The notes beneath the pieces were generated by a model. The model did not search any database. It was not told the origin of the DNA and saw only the letters and a program-made list of their open reading frames with translations. Below are positions 46,806 through 56,943 of a DNA stretch of 64,000 nt, piece by piece; the stretch's first letter is position 1; each line of letters opens with the position of its first letter. The translations under genes were made by a program, and so were the position numbers. The stretch lies in assembly GCA_963695545.1 (NCBI GenBank), contig OY968796.1, positions 2,112,001 through 2,176,000 of the forward strand, given 5' to 3'. Source of the stretch: Terriglobia bacterium (lineage in GTDB: Bacteria; Acidobacteriota; Terriglobia; Acidiferrales; UBA7541).

Positions 46806-48197
46806 ATGGGAACTGTAGCGCGCGCGGAAGCACAAGGAACCAAGACTGTACCGTTGAGTATGCTGGTCGTGGATGACGAGGTGGTGACACGCAGTTTGTG
46901 CGCCGAGGTTGCGGCGCAAGCCGGCCTGGAGGTTCGCTCGTCGGAGACGACCGAGCAGGCGCTCGAAATTCTCGAGCAGTATCCCGTGGATATTCTGGTC
47001 ACCGACCTGAAGGTGCCGCAACTCGGCGGGATCGATCTCCTCAAACGCGTCAAGGCCACATATCCGCAGATCGCCGTGATGGTGCTGACGCAATACGGCA
47101 CGATCGAGACGGCGGTGGAGGCCACGCGTCTGGGCGCGCTCGATTACGTCACGAAACCGTTTCACGTCGAGGACTTCCGGACCAAAATCGAACGCGTGGT
47201 GCGGTCGATCGAACGGGATCAGGAAAATCGCATTATGCGCGAGGAGTTGCGCAGCCGGCCCGGCTTCGGTGGATTGATCGGCATGGCTCCGAAGATGCAG
47301 CGCGTCTACAAATTGATCGAGAAGGTCTCGCAGCACGTCTATCCCGTGCTGATACTGGGAGAGAGCGGCACCGGGAAAGAGCTGGTGGCGCGCTCGATCC
47401 ATTTTTCGGGACCTCGCCGCGCCCGGCCCTTCGTGCCCGTGGATTGCTCGGCGCTCGTGCCCACGCTGATTGAATCGGAACTATTCGGCTACGTGAAGGG
47501 CGCCTTTACCGGCGCGCAGCACTCAAAGCAAGGGCTGCTCGAAGCCGCCGGCGACGGCACGCTTTTCCTCGACGAGATCGGCGACCTGCCCGTGGACTTG
47601 CAGGCCAAACTGCTTCGCGCGTTGCAGGAGCGCGAGATCAAGCCCGTCGGCGCGACCGAACGCGTGGCCATTCGCGCCCGCGTGATCGCCGCCACCAACC
47701 GCGACCTTGAGGGCGCAGTGCGCGCCGGCACTTTCCGCCAGGACCTCTATTTCCGCTTGAATGTGGTGCAGATCAAACTGCCGCCGCTGCGCGAGCGCAA
47801 GAGCGACGTTCCCATGCTGGTCAGCACGTTTCTCGAGAAATTCAGCGACTCGAAATCGTCCGTGCGTACGATTGCGGAAGACGCCATGCGCCGCTTGATG
47901 ACCTACGATTGGCCCGGCAACGTGCGCGAGCTTGAAAACGCCGTGGAGCGCGCCGTGGCACTGGGCTCGGGACCGATTCTGCATGTGGGCGACCTGCCGT
48001 CGAATTTGCAGTACGCCCAACCCGAGCGGCTTCAAGAACAGAATGAGCTGGTTCCGCTCGAAGAGCTGGAGCGCCGCGCCATCTTCAATGCCCTGCGCGA
48101 AACCAGCGGCGACAAGCTGGCCGCCGCGCGCCTGCTGGGAATCGGCAAGACCACTCTCTACCGCAAACTAAAGCAATACGAAACCGTGCAGTCGTAG
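46806..48197 (+). CDS. Sigma-54-dependent response regulator (AtoC/ZraR-like)
   Basis: LVVDDE, GESGTGKE, GAFTGA, WPGNVREL, HTH. Confidence 0.95.
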   Translation: MGTVARAEAQGTKTVPLSMLVVDDEVVTRSLCAEVAAQAGLEVRSSETTEQALEILEQYPVDILVTDLKVPQLGGIDLLKRVKATYPQIAVMVLTQYGTIETAVEATRLGALDYVTKPFHVEDFRTKIERVVRSIERDQENRIMREELRSRPGFGGLIGMAPKMQRVYKLIEKVSQHVYPVLILGESGTGKELVARSIHFSGPRRARPFVPVDCSALVPTLIESELFGYVKGAFTGAQHSKQGLLEAAGDGTLFLDEIGDLPVDLQAKLLRALQEREIKPVGATERVAIRARVIAATNRDLEGAVRAGTFRQDLYFRLNVVQIKLPPLRERKSDVPMLVSTFLEKFSDSKSSVRTIAEDAMRRLMTYDWPGNVRELENAVERAVALGSGPILHVGDLPSNLQYAQPERLQEQNELVPLEELERRAIFNALRETSGDKLAAARLLGIGKTTLYRKLKQYETVQS

Positions 48198-48505
48198 CGT
48201 CACGCAACGCTCGCCGCACACTCCGTCCGGCCGGGCGGTGAGCGCGCGTTTGGCGTGCGCAACTTGGCCTTCAAGCATCACGCGTCTTGCTTTTTCTTTC
48301 TTCGCGGCGGATTTCTCTTCGATCGTTCCCCACACAGGAATGGGAAGCCGGTATGGCTATCGTGTCGAACTGGGAATTCGCCTGAGTTCCACCTGCCGCC
48401 TACTCTTCCGATCTTCTTGATTGCGGGACACTTACTCTCCGCGCGGCGTTGGCGACCGCGATGCATGGACACTACCTGCATGGCCATTTTCGGGGGACGA
48501 TTATC

Positions 48506-48643
48506 GTGATCTCGGATCGAAGGCCGCTCCACTGGTATCGCGGCGTGCGGCGTGCGCGTTTCATCACACGCGGTATCGAAATCGCGGCGTTCATCGGTGC
48601 GGCCGCACTGCTGAGTTTCCTGGTTCTTCAGCCGCGCTGGTAG
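48506..48643 (+). CDS. Small membrane protein (45 aa)
   Basis: GGGGGA upstream of GTG; C-terminal helix IAAFIGAAALLSFLVL; sigma-54-like TGGCGACCGCGATGC at 48450-48464. Confidence 0.5.
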   Translation: MISDRRPLHWYRGVRRARFITRGIEIAAFIGAAALLSFLVLQPRW

Positions 48644-48654
48644 CGGCGCACCCT

Positions 48655-51600
48655 ATGACGGTCAATTTATGGAGACGCATTTGGCGCGCCGGCGCGGCGG
48701 GCCACGTGAGCGCCTGGAGATCGCCGCCTGGGCGCGGCGTTGCCGGCGCCGCCGCGCGCGGCGAACCGGTCGAAACGTTGCTTGAACTCGCGGCGCAATC
48801 GCTGCTGGTGGCGAGCAAGGCGCGGCGCGCCGGGGTCTGGCTTCTGAAAGAACAAGAGAAACAATCGGACGACGTCCGGGTGCGGGGCCGCGTCGTGGAC
48901 CGTTCCGGTATTCCCGCGCCGGAAGAATGGAACCGGCTGGACCTGCCGGCTCCTTTCCTGGGCACGTTGCTCCGCAGCAAGGAACCGTTGATCGTCGCCA
49001 TGGATCGCGAAGCATCGAATTCAACCGCTTCGTTTCCACCCGCTGGGCCGTATGCCGGCGCGAAGCGCGTGGTGTGGATTCCGCTGCGCGTGCAGGACAC
49101 GCCGCTGGGGCTCGGGATGGTCGCGGACAGCCGCCACCGCTCCCTCGCGAACACAACCGCTCTTCGCGCCATCGCCGAAGAGTTGTCGCTCGCGCTCGCG
49201 CTGCGGCACGAGCGAGCGCGCAGGTCGGCAGCCGACGCGGAACTCGACACACACGCGCGACTCGAACGCTCGGTACAAAGAGGAGTCGCGGCGGACACCG
49301 TCCTGGCCGAGATTGCGCAGGCCGTTGAGCGCGCGACCGGAGCGGAATTTGTGGCCATCGGGCGGAGCAGTTCGCCCGTCGGCGCGAGCGCAGGCTGGGC
49401 CGGCGCGCCTCGTTGGCGCGTGTTGCTGATGCAGGAGCCCTTGCGGCAACTGTGGGTAACCGCGCTCGAAGAGGGAAGAATCGTCGAGGCGGAAGCCGAA
49501 TCGCTGCGCTGGCGCCGTCGCGACTGGCAATCGCTTCCGGAGCCCGCGGAAAATCCGGACAGCGGCGTGGCGCGCGTGGTGACGCTGCCGCTCGTGGCGA
49601 ACGGCGCACCACTCGGAATCTTGATGGCCGGCCTGGGAACGGGCGCGCTCGGAGACGATGTCGCGAAGCGTCTCGAGGCCTATGCAGCGCTGGCGACCAT
49701 GGCGCTTGACCGCGAGGCGTCGCTCGGGCAAACCGCCGTCCTGTCCGCCACCGTGCATCACTGGCTCGAGACCACGCCCGAGCGCTTGCTGCTCGTGGAC
49801 GCAGCCGGACGCATTACCCAGGCGAGCCGCGTAGCGCGCGGCGCGCTGCGTCTGGGGCTCGCGCTTGCGCCGGACGCGCGTCTGGAAAACCTGTTCGTCG
49901 AAGGCGCGGGGCGCGCGGTCGTCGAGTGGCTTGACGATCTGACCGCGAACCGCCTCGATCGCCATACCGCAATGCCCTCTGCAAATAATTCGTTTCCGCC
50001 CGTGCCGCCGGATCGCGCGATGGCGCCGATTCCGCCCGGCCGCGATTCCGCTGCCCCGCTGCTCGATGCGCTGCTGCGCGTGGGTTCGCCCGTGCGCTTG
50101 AGTGTGCGCGCTCATTTTCCCGGGGCGCGGCCCTCGGCGCACTTCTGGCTCGTGGCGCTGGAGGAATTGCATGTCCCGGTGCCCTCGGTCGTCGAGCAGG
50201 ATCGCGCCGCGTCGGAACTGAGCGGACTGCTCGATTCGCTCGATAGCGGCGTGCTGGTGTTCGATGCTTCTGGCCGAATCCGGGCCGCGAACGACCGTTT
50301 CGCGCAAATGATGGGACTCGACGCCCGCGCGACGCGTGAGCTGGGTGGGTTCGAGAACCTTCTCGAATCGCTGTCGCCGCGCTTCGCGCGTCCCGCGGAG
50401 TTTGCCGCGCGCTGGCGCGAGCGGACCGCGAGCGCGGACGAAGCCGCCTGGGACGAAATCGAGCTCGAGCGGCCGGTGCGGAAAATTGTGGAGCGCTTCG
50501 TGCGCCCGGTGCGCGACGCTCACGGCCGCCGTCTCGGCTGGATTGAGGTCTATCGCGACATCACCAGCCAGCGCCTGATTCAATCGAAGCTCCTGCAATC
50601 CGAAAAAATGGCCGCGCTGGGCCAGTTGGTTTCCGGCATCGCGCACGAACTGAACAATCCGCTCACGAGCATCCAGGGCTATGCCCAATTGTTACTCAGC
50701 CGCCGGCCGGGCCCGGATCAACTGGCCGACGCCAAACGCATCTGCCAGGAAGCCGAGCGCGCCGCACACATCGTCAAGAACCTGCTGCTGTTTGCGCGCG
50801 AAGCTAAGCCGGAGCGCAGCTCGGTAGACATGAACGAAGTCGTCGAGCGCACTCTGGCGCTGCGCAGTTACGAAATGAGAGTCGAGAATATTCAGGCCGA
50901 GGTCGATCTCGATCCGCTCTTGCCCGCGATTCTCGCCGACGCCAGCCAGATGTTACAGGTTGTCCTGAATCTGGTGATCAACGCCGAGCAGGCGCTCGCG
51001 GGCCACGCGCTCGATCCGGATCGCGCAGGCGGGGATGAGAAACGCGGCCATGGCCGCATTCGCATTCGCACGCGCCGCGTTTCCGAGCAGAAGCTGGCGC
51101 TCGAGGTTTCCGACGACGGGCCCGGAATTCCTCCCGAGGCCATCTCGCGGATCTTCGATCCATTTTTCACGACCAAGCCCGTCGGCGTAGGCACGGGGCT
51201 CGGACTTTCCATCGTGTACGGCATCGTGCGCGAGCATGGCGGCGAAGTCACGGTCGAGAGCAAACGCGGCCACGGCGCAACGTTCGTTGTCGAACTTTCG
51301 GTGCTCGCCGCATCGGAGATTGCGCTGCAAGGCGTCTTGCCCGGCACGTTGTCGAGGCCGCAGATGGATGCAGCGCCTCTCGCGCGCGCCCCGCTTGCAG
51401 CGTCGTCTTCGGCCCGAGCCCACAAGAGCGGCGCGCGCGCCGAACGCATCCTGGTCGTCGAGGATGAGCCGACCGTGGCGCAATTGATCTCCGACGTGCT
51501 TGCCGACGAAGGCTATCGCGTGGATAAGCTGCTCGATAGCCGCGAAGCGATGGACCGCGTGCGCGCGCAGGACTACGACCTGGTGGTGTGCGACCTTAAA

Positions 51601-51873
51601 ATGCTGCACGTCGACGGCCGCGCTTTCTACCGTGCCCTCGCGAACGCGGCGAGCCCGTTGCAGCATCGCCTGATCTTCGTCACGGGCGACACGCTCAGTT
51701 CCCACACGCTTGAATTTTTGGAATCGAGCGGACTGCCGTACCTCGCCAAGCCGTTTCTGGTCGAGGAATTGAAGCAAGTGGTGCAGCAGGCCTTCACGCG
51801 CGTTCACGCCGAATCGCCGCGAGCGGCCGGCGGAAGCAATCCCTGGCCGCGAACCACTGCGAGGAAACGATGA
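48655..51873 (+). CDS. Cytoplasmic hybrid histidine kinase (GAF/PAS-HisKA-HATPase-REC)
   Basis: GIAHELNNPL, NAEQA, DDGPG, GTGLGL, C-terminal REC ILVVEDE..CDLKM..KPF; no obvious TM helices. Confidence 0.92.
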   Translation: MTVNLWRRIWRAGAAGHVSAWRSPPGRGVAGAAARGEPVETLLELAAQSLLVASKARRAGVWLLKEQEKQSDDVRVRGRVVDRSGIPAPEEWNRLDLPAPFLGTLLRSKEPLIVAMDREASNSTASFPPAGPYAGAKRVVWIPLRVQDTPLGLGMVADSRHRSLANTTALRAIAEELSLALALRHERARRSAADAELDTHARLERSVQRGVAADTVLAEIAQAVERATGAEFVAIGRSSSPVGASAGWAGAPRWRVLLMQEPLRQLWVTALEEGRIVEAEAESLRWRRRDWQSLPEPAENPDSGVARVVTLPLVANGAPLGILMAGLGTGALGDDVAKRLEAYAALATMALDREASLGQTAVLSATVHHWLETTPERLLLVDAAGRITQASRVARGALRLGLALAPDARLENLFVEGAGRAVVEWLDDLTANRLDRHTAMPSANNSFPPVPPDRAMAPIPPGRDSAAPLLDALLRVGSPVRLSVRAHFPGARPSAHFWLVALEELHVPVPSVVEQDRAASELSGLLDSLDSGVLVFDASGRIRAANDRFAQMMGLDARATRELGGFENLLESLSPRFARPAEFAARWRERTASADEAAWDEIELERPVRKIVERFVRPVRDAHGRRLGWIEVYRDITSQRLIQSKLLQSEKMAALGQLVSGIAHELNNPLTSIQGYAQLLLSRRPGPDQLADAKRICQEAERAAHIVKNLLLFAREAKPERSSVDMNEVVERTLALRSYEMRVENIQAEVDLDPLLPAILADASQMLQVVLNLVINAEQALAGHALDPDRAGGDEKRGHGRIRIRTRRVSEQKLALEVSDDGPGIPPEAISRIFDPFFTTKPVGVGTGLGLSIVYGIVREHGGEVTVESKRGHGATFVVELSVLAASEIALQGVLPGTLSRPQMDAAPLARAPLAASSSARAHKSGARAERILVVEDEPTVAQLISDVLADEGYRVDKLLDSREAMDRVRAQDYDLVVCDLKMLHVDGRAFYRALANAASPLQHRLIFVTGDTLSSHTLEFLESSGLPYLAKPFLVEELKQVVQQAFTRVHAESPRAAGGSNPWPRTTARKR

Positions 51874-52550
51874 GCACAAGCGGTCGCGTCATCTTCATCA
51901 TCTCCGCCGATCCGGCGGTCACGCGAGGCTGCATCCGCGAAATCATTTCGACCGGCGGGCAATACCAGCTTCGCCTGGCCGCTTCGGTCGAGCAGGGGCG
52001 CCGCGGCTTTCTGCGCACCCCGCCTGCGGCGATCTTCCTTGACGAATCGGCCGCGGATTTCGAGCGTCGTAGCGAGACACTGGCGACGGCCATCCCGCAG
52101 CTCACGAAATTCGCGCCCGTCGTGGTGGCCGCCGAGCCGGAGCGGCAATTCGAGCTCGCGTCTCTGATCTCCGCCGGCGCCGTCGATTTCGTCGCGCGCA
52201 CGGAACCGTTCCTTCCCATCGTCGCGGGGCTGCTCGAGCGCCGCGTGCGTTCAACACAGATTGCCGCCACGGCGCTGCCCCGTTTCCCAGGCGACGATTT
52301 CGATGCCAACTTCGGCGAAATCCTGCGCCACGAGGTCAACAATCCCCTCACCGGCATACTCGGCAACGCCGAACTTCTGCTCGCGCGCCGCAGCAAGTTG
52401 CCTCTCGCGACCGTCACGCGCCTGCAAACCATTGCCGAACTCGCCGTGCGGCTGCGCGAAACCATCCGCCGACTGTCAAACGCGTGGGACGCCCGCCCGG
52501 TCCATTCCGAGCGCGATGAGCGTGTTGCGGCAGGCGACCGCGTCCGCTAG
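51870..52550 (+). CDS. Degenerate REC + HisKA protein lacking an ATPase domain
   Basis: ILRHEVNNPLTGILGNAELL H-box at the C-terminus, no N/G boxes; REC-like IFLDE and GAVDFV. Confidence 0.8.
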   Translation: MSTSGRVIFIISADPAVTRGCIREIISTGGQYQLRLAASVEQGRRGFLRTPPAAIFLDESAADFERRSETLATAIPQLTKFAPVVVAAEPERQFELASLISAGAVDFVARTEPFLPIVAGLLERRVRSTQIAATALPRFPGDDFDANFGEILRHEVNNPLTGILGNAELLLARRSKLPLATVTRLQTIAELAVRLRETIRRLSNAWDARPVHSERDERVAAGDRVR

Positions 52551-52843
52551 CTGGAACGCCGCCCCGTTGGCACTCCCGTTTCTCGCGAAGTGTCTCCGTC
52601 GAGGGGATCTTCCGGCGTCGTCGGAATGCTTTGGCGTCGCTCAGCTTACTTCTCCCGTGATCCATCCCACGCACAAGCCGGGCCGCAACGCTCGGTTGGG
52701 AAGCCACGCGCCACGCGTCCCAACCGCGCTCGGCGACGGCGCAATGATATGCTACGGCGTCGCTCGACGGCTCGAACTCAGTGCGATGGTCGAACGTCAT
52801 GATCGATGCAAGCGATTTGGCGAAGTGACGAAGGAGTGGGCGC

Positions 52844-54010
52844 GTGAAGATTGTGGATGTGCGCGAGATCACCAAGCCGATCGCTTCGCCGATGCGCAAC
52901 GCTTTCATCGATTTCTCGAAGATGACGCTGAGCTTGGTCGCGGTCATGACCGACGTGATTCGCGACGGCAAGCCGGTGGTCGGCTACGGATTCAATTCCA
53001 ACGGGAGATACGGACAGGGCTGCTTAATACGCGAAAGGTTTCGTCCGCGGATTCTCGAGGCCAAGCCGGAAAGCTTGCTCGATGCCAGCGGCGATAATTT
53101 CGATCCCGCGAAAATTTGGGCCTGCATGATGACCAACGAGAAGCCGGGCGGGCACGGCGAGCGCTCGGTGGCCGTGGGCACGATCGACATGGCAGTGTGG
53201 GACGCCGTCGCGAAGATTGCGCGACGACCGCTGTTTGAGTTGCTGGCGGAGCGTTACGGCAACGGGAGAGCGAACAAGCGCGTCTTTGTTTACGCCGCGG
53301 GCGGTTACTACTACCCCGGCAAAGACGTGGAAGCTCTGAAGCGCGAAATGCGCGGCTACCTCGAGCGCGGCTACACGGTGGTGAAAGCGAAGATTGGCGG
53401 CGCGCCGCTTGAGGAAGATTTGCGGCGCATCGAAGCAGTGCTCAGTGTGCTCGGCCCGGGGGATCGATTGGCCGTGGACGCAAATGGGCGATTCGATCTC
53501 GCAACGGCGCTGGCGTATGGCAAGGCGCTTTCGCAATACGAGTTATTTTGGTACGAAGAGGCCGGCGACCCGCTGGATTTCGCGCTGCAGGCGGAACTGG
53601 CGCGCGAATATCAAGGCAGTCTCGCGACCGGCGAAAATCTCTTTTCCATGCAGGACGCGCGCAATCTGATCCGCTACGGCGGCATGCGCCCGGACCGCGA
53701 TTGGCTGCAGTTCGATTGCGCGCTGAGCTATGGCCTCGTCGAATATCTGCGCACGCTCGCGATGTTGCGCGAAAACGGATGGTCCGCCGCGCGCTGCGTT
53801 CCGCACGGCGGGCACCAGATGTCGCTGAACATTGCGGCGGGCCTGGGGCTTGGCGGAAACGAATCGTATCCGGATTTATTTCAGCCTTACGGCGGCGTTC
53901 CTGACGGCGTGCGCGTGGAAGATAGCTACGTGACGATGCCGGATCTTGTGGGCATCGGCTTCGAAGGCAAAGCGGATTTGTATCGCGAGATGAAGGCACT
54001 CGGCGATTAA
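52844..54010 (+). CDS. tarD: D-tartrate dehydratase (enolase superfamily, mandelate racemase subgroup)
   Basis: GFNSNGRYGQG, NEKPGGHGERS, KAKIGG, DANG, WYEE, TGENL, PHGGHQ, GGNESYP; closely resembles the Bradyrhizobium TarD sequence as I recall it. Confidence 0.88.
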   Translation: MKIVDVREITKPIASPMRNAFIDFSKMTLSLVAVMTDVIRDGKPVVGYGFNSNGRYGQGCLIRERFRPRILEAKPESLLDASGDNFDPAKIWACMMTNEKPGGHGERSVAVGTIDMAVWDAVAKIARRPLFELLAERYGNGRANKRVFVYAAGGYYYPGKDVEALKREMRGYLERGYTVVKAKIGGAPLEEDLRRIEAVLSVLGPGDRLAVDANGRFDLATALAYGKALSQYELFWYEEAGDPLDFALQAELAREYQGSLATGENLFSMQDARNLIRYGGMRPDRDWLQFDCALSYGLVEYLRTLAMLRENGWSAARCVPHGGHQMSLNIAAGLGLGGNESYPDLFQPYGGVPDGVRVEDSYVTMPDLVGIGFEGKADLYREMKALGD

Positions 54011-54040
54011 AAAATGCCGCCTCGTCGCGGCGAGCCATCG

Positions 54041-55324
54041 ATGAAAAGCCGGTTCCCCAAACTCTACGTTCAAGTTTTCATCGCCATCATCCTCGGTATT
54101 CTCGTCGGCTACCTCTTCCCGCACTTCGCGCCAAAACTCAAACCGCTCGGCGATATTTTTATCCGCTTAATCAAAATGCTGCTCGCGCCGGTGATTTTCA
54201 CCACGGTGACCGTGGGCATCGCGAAAATGGGCGACATCAAGGCTGTGGGGCGGATCGGGGTGAAGGCCCTCGTTTACTTTGAGGTCGTCTCCGCGTTCGC
54301 GCTGGCGATTGGTCTGGTGGTTGTGAACGTGGCGCGCCCGGGCGCGGGCATGAACATCAATCCGGCCACGATCGACGCGAGCGCGGTGGCGGCGTATACC
54401 ACGGCGGCGCAGCACCGTTCGGCGCTCGATTTCATTCTGAACATTATTCCTTCAAGCGCGGTCGGCTCGCTCGTGGAAGGGAATATTCTGCAAATCATTC
54501 TGGTGAGCGTGCTGTTTGGAATTGCGCTCTCGCGTTTGGGTAAGAAAAAAGATCGCGTTGTAGAAGTCCTCGACGGCGTGCTGCAGGCGCTTTTTGGGAT
54601 GGTGCGCATCGTGATGGTCGTCGCGCCGCTCGCGGCATTCGGCTCGATGGCGTTCATCGTCGGGGAATATGGATTGGGCACGATGGTCTCATTCGGCAAA
54701 TTGATGGCCTGCGTATATCTCACGTCGCTGGTGTTCGTCGCAGGGGTGCTTGGCCCGATCGCGTGGCGCTGCGGCATCTCGCTGTGGAATTTTCTGCGCT
54801 ATATCAAGGATGAAATCCTGATCGCATTCGGCACCTGTTCGACCGAGGCGGTGATGCCGCAGATGATGCAGAAACTCGAGCGCATGGGCTGCCAGCAATC
54901 GCTTGTGGGCATGGTGCTGCCGGCGGGTTATTCGTTCAATGCCGACGGAACGTCGATTTATTTGACGATGGCGGCGATTTTCATCGCGCAGGCGACCAAC
55001 ACGCATTTGACGCTGCGCGATCAACTTGTGGTGCTGGCGGTTTTGTTGCTGACGTCGAAAGGGTCGTCCGGCGTGGCGGGCTCGGGATTTGTGACGCTGG
55101 CGGCCACGCTGGCTTCAATGGATAAAATTCCCGTGGCCGGACTGGTGCTGCTGCTCGGCGCGGACAGTTTCTTGAATCAAGCGCGAGCGGTGACAAATCT
55201 GATCGGCAACGGCGTCGCCACCATCGCCATCGCGCGGTGGGAAGGAACCTTCGATGAACGCGCGGCCGCTCGAGCGCTCGCAGGAGCCGCGCCGGGCCGC
55301 GCTCAGGAGCCAGTCGAAGAGTAG
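54041..55324 (+). CDS. dctA: C4-dicarboxylate:cation symporter (DAACS)
   Basis: LYVQV, LKPLGDIFIRLIKM, GYSFNADGT, LTSKG, TNLIGNGVAT. Confidence 0.9.
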   Translation: MKSRFPKLYVQVFIAIILGILVGYLFPHFAPKLKPLGDIFIRLIKMLLAPVIFTTVTVGIAKMGDIKAVGRIGVKALVYFEVVSAFALAIGLVVVNVARPGAGMNINPATIDASAVAAYTTAAQHRSALDFILNIIPSSAVGSLVEGNILQIILVSVLFGIALSRLGKKKDRVVEVLDGVLQALFGMVRIVMVVAPLAAFGSMAFIVGEYGLGTMVSFGKLMACVYLTSLVFVAGVLGPIAWRCGISLWNFLRYIKDEILIAFGTCSTEAVMPQMMQKLERMGCQQSLVGMVLPAGYSFNADGTSIYLTMAAIFIAQATNTHLTLRDQLVVLAVLLLTSKGSSGVAGSGFVTLAATLASMDKIPVAGLVLLLGADSFLNQARAVTNLIGNGVATIAIARWEGTFDERAAARALAGAAPGRAQEPVEE

Positions 55325-56103
55325 TGGCGCACGCCGCGCTCCCAGAACCACAACGCAATGGCGATGCACGCCGCGGTGACCAGCGGCACAAACGGCGCGT
55401 AGTAGTGGAAGCGCGTGCGATGCAGCAGGCGCACCGTGGGATAAAACGTGGCGAAGCCGAACGGTACGATCCAACTCAGAAAAAATTGGATGTACCCCGA
55501 ATAAATCGAAAGCGGATAGCGGCCGAAGGCGATCAGATTCCACACCGGCGCGGAAATGCCGATGCGATCCTCGAACCAGAAGGAACACGTGCTGAGGATC
55601 AGAAAAATCGAAAGATAAATCGCGCCGCCGCACAGCGCGAAGACCACCAGAAGCAGCACATCCAGCGCCGTCCAGGCGTAATGCAGATACCGGCCGGACA
55701 AGATCACTACCACCAGGCCCGAGACAATTTCCTGAATGGATTCGATGCGGAAATTTTCAAAGATCACTTGAAACAGCGAGGCCACCGGCCGAACCAATAC
55801 GCGATCGAATTTTCCTTCCATGATGAATTCGGCGCCGAAATCGTAGAGGTTTGGGCTGAGGACGTTGAAGATGCCGTATGGAATGAGCGAGAAGCCATAG
55901 AGAAATAAAACTTCTGCGAAGGTCCAATCCGCAAGACGCGGAATGTTGCGGAACAGGATCACCACAAAGGCCAGCGCGAAAATTGTCGCCGCGAAGCTGG
56001 TCACCAGGCCAATCCAGAAATCGCCACGATAGCCGACGCGCACCTTCAAATACTGGGCAAAATATTCGCCGAGCAATCCGAGATGGCGTTTGGTTTCGTG
56101 CAT
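55303..56103 (-). CDS. ABC-2 family transporter permease
   Basis: GKFDRVLVRP, YPLSIY, multiple TM helices. Confidence 0.88.
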   Translation of the reverse strand: MHETKRHLGLLGEYFAQYLKVRVGYRGDFWIGLVTSFAATIFALAFVVILFRNIPRLADWTFAEVLFLYGFSLIPYGIFNVLSPNLYDFGAEFIMEGKFDRVLVRPVASLFQVIFENFRIESIQEIVSGLVVVILSGRYLHYAWTALDVLLLVVFALCGGAIYLSIFLILSTCSFWFEDRIGISAPVWNLIAFGRYPLSIYSGYIQFFLSWIVPFGFATFYPTVRLLHRTRFHYYAPFVPLVTAACIAIALWFWERGVRHYSSTGS

Positions 56104-56109
56104 GTCTAT

Positions 56110-56943
56110 TCAACCACCGTGGATCGTGATTTTTCGCGAGGCGCGCAGCCACCATACGTGGCCCAGCGCGAGGAGCAGGACAACCCAGGCCCAGGCAAGG
56201 CCAATCGCGCGCCACGCTGCGGCGCCTGATAACTTGCCGAGATAAATTTGCAGCGGCGTCGAAGCGATATGCTCGAACGGGAGATAAGCGAAAACAGTTT
56301 GCGCAGCATGTGGGAACAGCGCAATCGGAACCAGCAGGCCTGAAAGCAGCTCGATCAGCCAGAATTTCGCGCGGATCAGCGACAAAATGGATTTCAGCGG
56401 AATCGCGCAGGTGCCGATCATAAAATTTATCGCGGCCATGAGCAAAAAACTCGCGACGACGGCGATCACGAATAGACCGAACTGCGCGGCGGACGCCGGC
56501 GCGCGCAGCGGAAAGATCAGGGCCACGATCACGGCGGTGGGAGCAGTGAGCAGAAGCAATCGGAACGCCGATTCGCCGGCGGCCCGCGAGATCCACATCC
56601 ACTGAATCGAGACCGGCTTGATGAAGTCCATGGCGATCTTGCCTTCGATCACTTCGTAGGCCATCTCCTGATCGATGGTGTTCCAATAAAACGAGCGAAT
56701 GATCCAGCCGACCGCGACGTACGTGAGCATTTGCGGGAGGCTGTAACCGGCAATCGTCGCTCCGGCGTGGCCCGTGCTCACGGCTGGTCCATAGACCGCG
56801 CGCCAGATGAAATAATAAATCGTGACGTTGAAAAGATAGGTGAGGATGCCGGCATAGTAGCGCAGGCGGAAGGCGAGAATGTTGGCGAAGCCGATGCGCG
56901 CGAATTCGCCGTAGGGCGCAAGGGCGTGGGTGCGCGAAGACAT
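56110..56943 (-). CDS. ABC-2 family transporter permease
   Basis: GKIAMDFIKP, SGLLVPI, C-terminal IHGG. Confidence 0.88.
   Translation of the reverse strand: MSSRTHALAPYGEFARIGFANILAFRLRYYAGILTYLFNVTIYYFIWRAVYGPAVSTGHAGATIAGYSLPQMLTYVAVGWIIRSFYWNTIDQEMAYEVIEGKIAMDFIKPVSIQWMWISRAAGESAFRLLLLTAPTAVIVALIFPLRAPASAAQFGLFVIAVVASFLLMAAINFMIGTCAIPLKSILSLIRAKFWLIELLSGLLVPIALFPHAAQTVFAYLPFEHIASTPLQIYLGKLSGAAAWRAIGLAWAWVVLLLALGHVWWLRASRKITIHGG

Noticed and set aside
52577..52593. TTGGCACTCCCGTTTCT as a sigma-54 promoter for tarD
   Set aside because: The -12 GC is replaced by TC and the site is about 250 nt from the start codon.
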